From positions 12,772,001 through 12,836,000 of the forward strand of contig OZ241833.1 in the NCBI GenBank assembly GCA_965202585.1: a stretch of 64,000 nt of DNA, written 5' to 3'. The notes below the pieces were generated by a model that was not told where the DNA came from, made no database searches, and saw nothing but the letters and a program-made list of their open reading frames with translations. The translations under genes and the position numbers were made by a program. This document shows, piece by piece, positions 59,496 through 64,000 of the stretch. Every line of letters begins with the position of its first letter. Positions within the stretch are counted from its first letter, which is position 1. Origin of the DNA: Thalia democratica. Its lineage: Eukaryota.

Positions 59496-61453
59496 CACAG
59501 TGGGCTGAAAACGGGGATCAAGCGGCCATCAACATAAAACTGTCATAAGAAGCACTATAATACAATTTAAAGTTGCACTTAGTGTTACAATCAGAATAAT
59601 GTTTGTTTTTATTAAAAATAGTATAAATTTTAATTTTTAATGAAACTTTAAAGAAAGAAACTTAGAAAAAAAGAAAATTATAATTGGCTACCTCAAGAGA
59701 GTCACATTTACTTCCATTTTAGTTTAAATATGAATGAATTTTCAATATCAAGCCGGGTGAAACTATACTCTAAATACAATTTATTTTTAACTTAATGATG
59801 ATCTTTGTATATCAAAGTTTGTATTATTAATAACGTTACATTTGTACTAGTTTATCAAAAGAAAAAAAACCGTAAACATTTTGAACAATAAAAACATTTA
59901 TTTGTTGCAAAACAGTGCAAAAAACAAAATAATTTAGCCTGTGATTAAAAAAAAGCACTTTAAAGTTACTAGAAAACATAATTCAAACAGTAAGTTCTTA
60001 AAACTTCTTTGAAATTAAGTTTCTCAAATAAATAAAACATTCTATTCAGTAGCACAAAGCATATGTAAAACGTTTCCAATTCTGATATACATGATGAAAT
60101 TTTTTCATTTAGCTGCAAACAACTTCGCGCAGTATGTCCGACTTTTTTACAATAAGTGCAATTCAGTCTGTCTAAAGTGTTGTTAACATCGTAGTCACTC
60201 TTGTCCCATAATCGATTTAAACAGTCTGTTAAATTTTCATACTGAGAAGTTTTCCTTGAAAAGTTCATTCTGTACTGTCTTAGAAACTTGTTGTTAGCTT
60301 CCAATCCACTTTCGGTGTAATTTAGCAAACCTCTACCGTTGTTTTGCTCAATTAGTTCAGCACTATGTGCAAGAACAGTATGCGCATTTGGAGTAAAGCG
60401 AATCCATTTAACCGACATGACCAGCATCATTGTTTTTTGAAATAAAACTGAGTATTTCTCTAAATTAATCTTTCTGTTAGAATTTATAGGCCATAAAATA
60501 ATGGAAACATACAAAATAATTTTGTTAATGTTTTCTTTTAAACTAACATCAGAAATATGTTCGTCAGCAGAGTCCTATTATTGGTGTTTGGCAAAGTTTT
60601 GACTGCGTTACCTGTTGTAGAAGTTCCACCATGGCCTGTGGGATACGGTTTTTCAAGAAAACCTTTAATTAGCTAAAATAGTTTAAAAAAAACTATTTCA
60701 ATAACTAAAACATATACTAAGCTACCATGTTTTGACCAATACTAACTGTTCTCATGATCTGTAAACAAAAGTAAGTGAATCTATACACATTAAGAACCTT
60801 CTATAAGATACAAAATGGTCTTTTTTGTCACAGTGAAAAACCAGGGATAGAATATTATATCAATTTTTTTAACAGAAATATCGCTTGTAAAAACCTAAAA
60901 AAATAGTTATATTCCACATGATAGATTTGTCTGTAAATTTGTATATAGATTCCTTGTCATTTTTACTAAATTATTAAAAGAGAAATTATGTTGGTTCTAC
61001 AGTGGCGAATTGAGAAAATTAACCCTGAAGAACACCCTAAATTGCCAGAAATTATCAATAAATTTTCGGCAAGAATAGAAGATTTTAAAATTAGAAATAA
61101 TATACTTTTACATTTAAATATTCAAAGAATTTTGACTTTTTGCAATTAACATTAAACCAAAGTAATGAAAAAACTTAAAAAAAAGTATTTGTATAAAAGC
61201 TTATAAGGTGTTTTTTAAGAGTAGATGTAGACCTTAATTTTGAAAAAAATTTAAGCATTTTTCGAGGCTTTTTTAAACTTAAAAAAGCAAACTTTGGCTA
61301 CATTTAAGCTTACATAACTTTTAGTATACTTTAAGCAGCAGAAACAAACCCAGTTTTTAAAAGACGAAACCCCTCTCTAAACAATTAAATAACAATCTTG
61401 CTATAACTGTTTAGTCGCGAAAATAGTCAATGGCCACTTGCCAGCCCACTGTG
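59496..61453 (-). mobile_element. Internally deleted Transib / RAG1-like DNA transposon
   Basis: 12-bp perfect TIR CACAGTGGGCTG; perfect 5-bp TSD ACATG (59491-59495, 61454-61458); minus-strand transposase remnant. Confidence 0.92.
59969..60760 (-). pseudogene. C-terminal fragment of Transib/RAG1-like transposase
   Basis: PTGHGGTSTTGNA; TPNAHTVLAHSAELIE (cf. RAG1 HKTLAHVPEIIE); YTESGLEANNKFLRQYRMNFSRKTS (cf. RAG1 [22 protein letters not shown]); tail CTYCKKVGHTARSC. Confidence 0.85.
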
Positions 61454-61779
61454 ACATGTTTCCGTGTGATAACAAGTTTACATACTTCAACGGAGCTCTA
61501 TAAAAAATAAATACTGTAAGAAAATAATAGAAACTAAAGTAGGTGTATATATGTGTTTATTAAAAATAAGAATAAGTTCTATAGATTATTGTAGATTAAT
61601 GGTTAATAATAAATAAAATATAAAATGTTAAATCCAACTGTTATAAAACTATAAAATATTAGTAATTATTAAATTTAAATTATGATTAAGTAAAGTAAAA
61701 TACAAAATAAAATAACAGGTCTAAATATAACGTACTCATATAAAAGTAGTTGTAAAAATATTGATTCATAAGACTAAAC

Positions 61780-61890
61780 CAGGGGTCGGTAAACTGCGGC
61801 CCGCGAGCACGTTTTTTTCTTTAAATGGAACGCGGCCCGCGAAAGAAAATTATGCGGCTCGCGAGTGTGTAAATGTGGCCCGCTAAACTA
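61780..61890 (+). mobile_element. hAT MITE left end
   Basis: CAGGGGTCGGTAAACTGCGGCCCGCG plus repeated GCGGCCCGCG motifs; matching right end not identified. Confidence 0.65.
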
Positions 61891-62532
61891 ATATATTTAA
61901 AAAAAATATTTTTCGGTTATTTAGATTAATTTGATTAATTTCGTTTTAAGTACCTGTATAACATTTTAAAACAATAAAACGACTTTACTGATTTGGCTTA
62001 AAAATGTGAAAAAGACAGATTAGCATTCGAGCAGTGTTTTTTTCTCAGTTTCATAAAAACTTTCTTCTTAAAATAGCAATTTCTGATCTGAAAAAAGAGT
62101 GTTAAAAAAAACTTGCCTCCGTAAGTTATTTATATAATACCTATTTAGTAAATATACTAGTTTCAAATGTTTTCCATTGTGTACAAAAATTATGCACAGT
62201 AATTAACTAAATTGTCATTTCTTTACAGTTTAGTTATTTTGTTTAACATTTAATTTATACGTAAGTTTCTCTTATAGATACTTTATCACTATGTGTTATT
62301 TTTGAGTGTACATAAAAACATTTTAAATAACATAATGATAAGAAATAAGGTCTGTTTTGGTTTTGACACATTTCAATTGCTTTAAAAGTTTTCTGTACAC
62401 TTTAAATTAATTCCTATGCACACCAATGTACAAATATGCTCATTTTTAAACCACTTTTTTATTTAATACTTAGATAAAGTGTAGTTTAAGCATAGTAGTC
62501 TATTGTAATTGTTTCTACATATAATATCTAAG

Positions 62533-62600
62533 TCAGGGGTCGGCAGGCAGTTTCTGCTCGCGGGCCAAATTTCAAGTTTTCAAAATCTTCGCGGGCCATA
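62533..62600 (+). mobile_element. hAT MITE left end (second)
   Basis: CAGGGGTCGGCA...CGCGGGCCAAAT...CGCGGGCCA; matching right end not identified. Confidence 0.55.
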
Positions 62601-64000
62601 ATTTTAGTGATGTTTTAGTAATCTTTTGGCTTTAGCTTTGGTCACACCAGAGATAGTTTTACTTTTATTCACTTAATTACTTTAAATGACTTTTAGCTAT
62701 ACATAGAATGCCTATTTAATATATAAATATCTATTGTAATAGATTTTACACTGTTTAATATACTTAAGCATTAATAAAATATGTGCTTTCTTAAATACTT
62801 AATAAGTTAAAATTAATAAAATATGTTTATTATTTTACTTACAACCTAACTCTGTATAAAAACCGAGGTATAAAAAACATTTATGGGTCACTTTTATACA
62901 TTTTTTATATTATGAATCACCTTTTAATAATTAAAAAAATGTTAACTTTAGAAATTGTTTTTGCGTCTTAGATAGTTTACACTGTTAATTCAGTAATTAG
63001 TTAATTAAATAAAATAAATACCTATTTATACTGTAGATAAGCTAAATCAAAAGTTTTTAGCATAGTTCATGCTGGAATACTTTAATAAAATACCTTATTA
63101 GTAATTAATTAGTCTTTTACACGGTTGCCACTTTAAAAGCAAAAATTTCTAAATTATATTAAAAGTTTACTAAAAGTTAAAAAATCGAAAAACTTTCTGT
63201 TAATCAAGCTTAAATACATAACTAAAACATCATTATTATAAAAAGCACAATATGTAAATAGACAAAAATTACAATTAGTAAACTACACTACAGTCATAAA
63301 AACTATTCTGAAAATTCGAAGATTTATTCAAAGTGTTTGAAATAAAAGTTTTAGATAGACCTGAGTTTTATTAAAATTTCTTAATCAGCTTTAACCTAGT
63401 CTGAATTTAAAAAAAGTTTAAACTAGCCTGTTTGTTTGGCAACCCTGTTTAAGATAAAGTTCACAAAATAAAGAAATACCAAAGTTTATTAACAATTAAT
63501 TAATTATATAACTAAATTAATTATTGCAATTCAGCTTGAATGGACTATTAAGTTTTTAAACATTTTTAACAAATGTATAAAAATTTATTAAACTATAAAT
63601 GAATTAGAAAAACCTGTTTTTTTGTTGAGCAATATAGCAATTCTTTATCTGCAATAAAGATATTGCATTTAAAAAGAGCAAATTTAAATTATAAGACCAG
63701 CTATAAGAGTTATAATACGTTAGTTTGAAGTTATTGCAAGAAACAAAAAAAAAATCGCTTAAGTCAGTTTTAACAACGCACATATTTATTTTCAGTTACT
63801 ACAGACTGATCAGAAAAAACTATTTAGGCAAGTTATAAAGTAGCAAAAGTGATTAGTAAAAAAAGATACCGTTGAAAGTTGAAAACTTTTTTAAATAAAT
63901 TGTGTTTGAAATTTGCATTAGTAAAATTAATTTAGCTAAAAAATAATTTGCCAAAAAACCTTGAATTCCGGAAGAACTTGGAGTTTGACAATTTAGGCTA

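Noticed and set aside
60829-60842. Internal CACAGTG immediately followed by AAAAACC (heptamer + nonamer-like)
   Set aside because: No spacer, no TSD or partner end; most likely chance.
62533-63456. Pairing CAGGGGTCGGCA with TTGGCAACCCTG as one hAT element
   Set aside because: TIRs only partly match and the flanks give no 8-bp TSD.

Overview
Very AT-rich, intron-containing animal genomic DNA. The repeat families present suggest a Hydra-like cnidarian (inference). Three spliced protein-coding loci can be reconstructed with phase-consistent GT-AG junctions. (1) A + strand 3-exon gene (14196-20610) predicts a ~936-aa Lys/Ser/Thr/Asn/Cys-rich protein I do not recognise, with two kinds of internal repeat motif. 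(2) A - strand 6-exon gene (36902-29511, ~292 aa) is unrecognised and its simplest model contains one in-frame TGA. (3) A - strand 7-exon HSD17B12/KAR-like short-chain dehydrogenase (58617-40499) has an in-frame TAA in exon 4 and a 1523-bp tandem duplication of exon 4 (part) and exon 5. The rest is mostly transposon-derived: several Penelope-like (GIY-YIG) fragments with hammerhead ribozymes, inverted pseudo-LTRs and (TA)n flanks; a ~200-nt hammerhead-bearing short element in 4 copies; an RTE LINE; a Gypsy/Ginger-type integrase remnant; pogo-, hAT- and Mutator-type MITEs; and several palindromes. The most notable item is a 1958-bp Transib/RAG1-like element (59496-61453). It has RSS-heptamer termini, a perfect 5-bp TSD, bipartite ends whose inner block is offset by 10 bp, and a RAG1L-type C-x2-C-x3-G-H-x4-C tail. 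All calls were made by eye; no database searches or folding programs were run.
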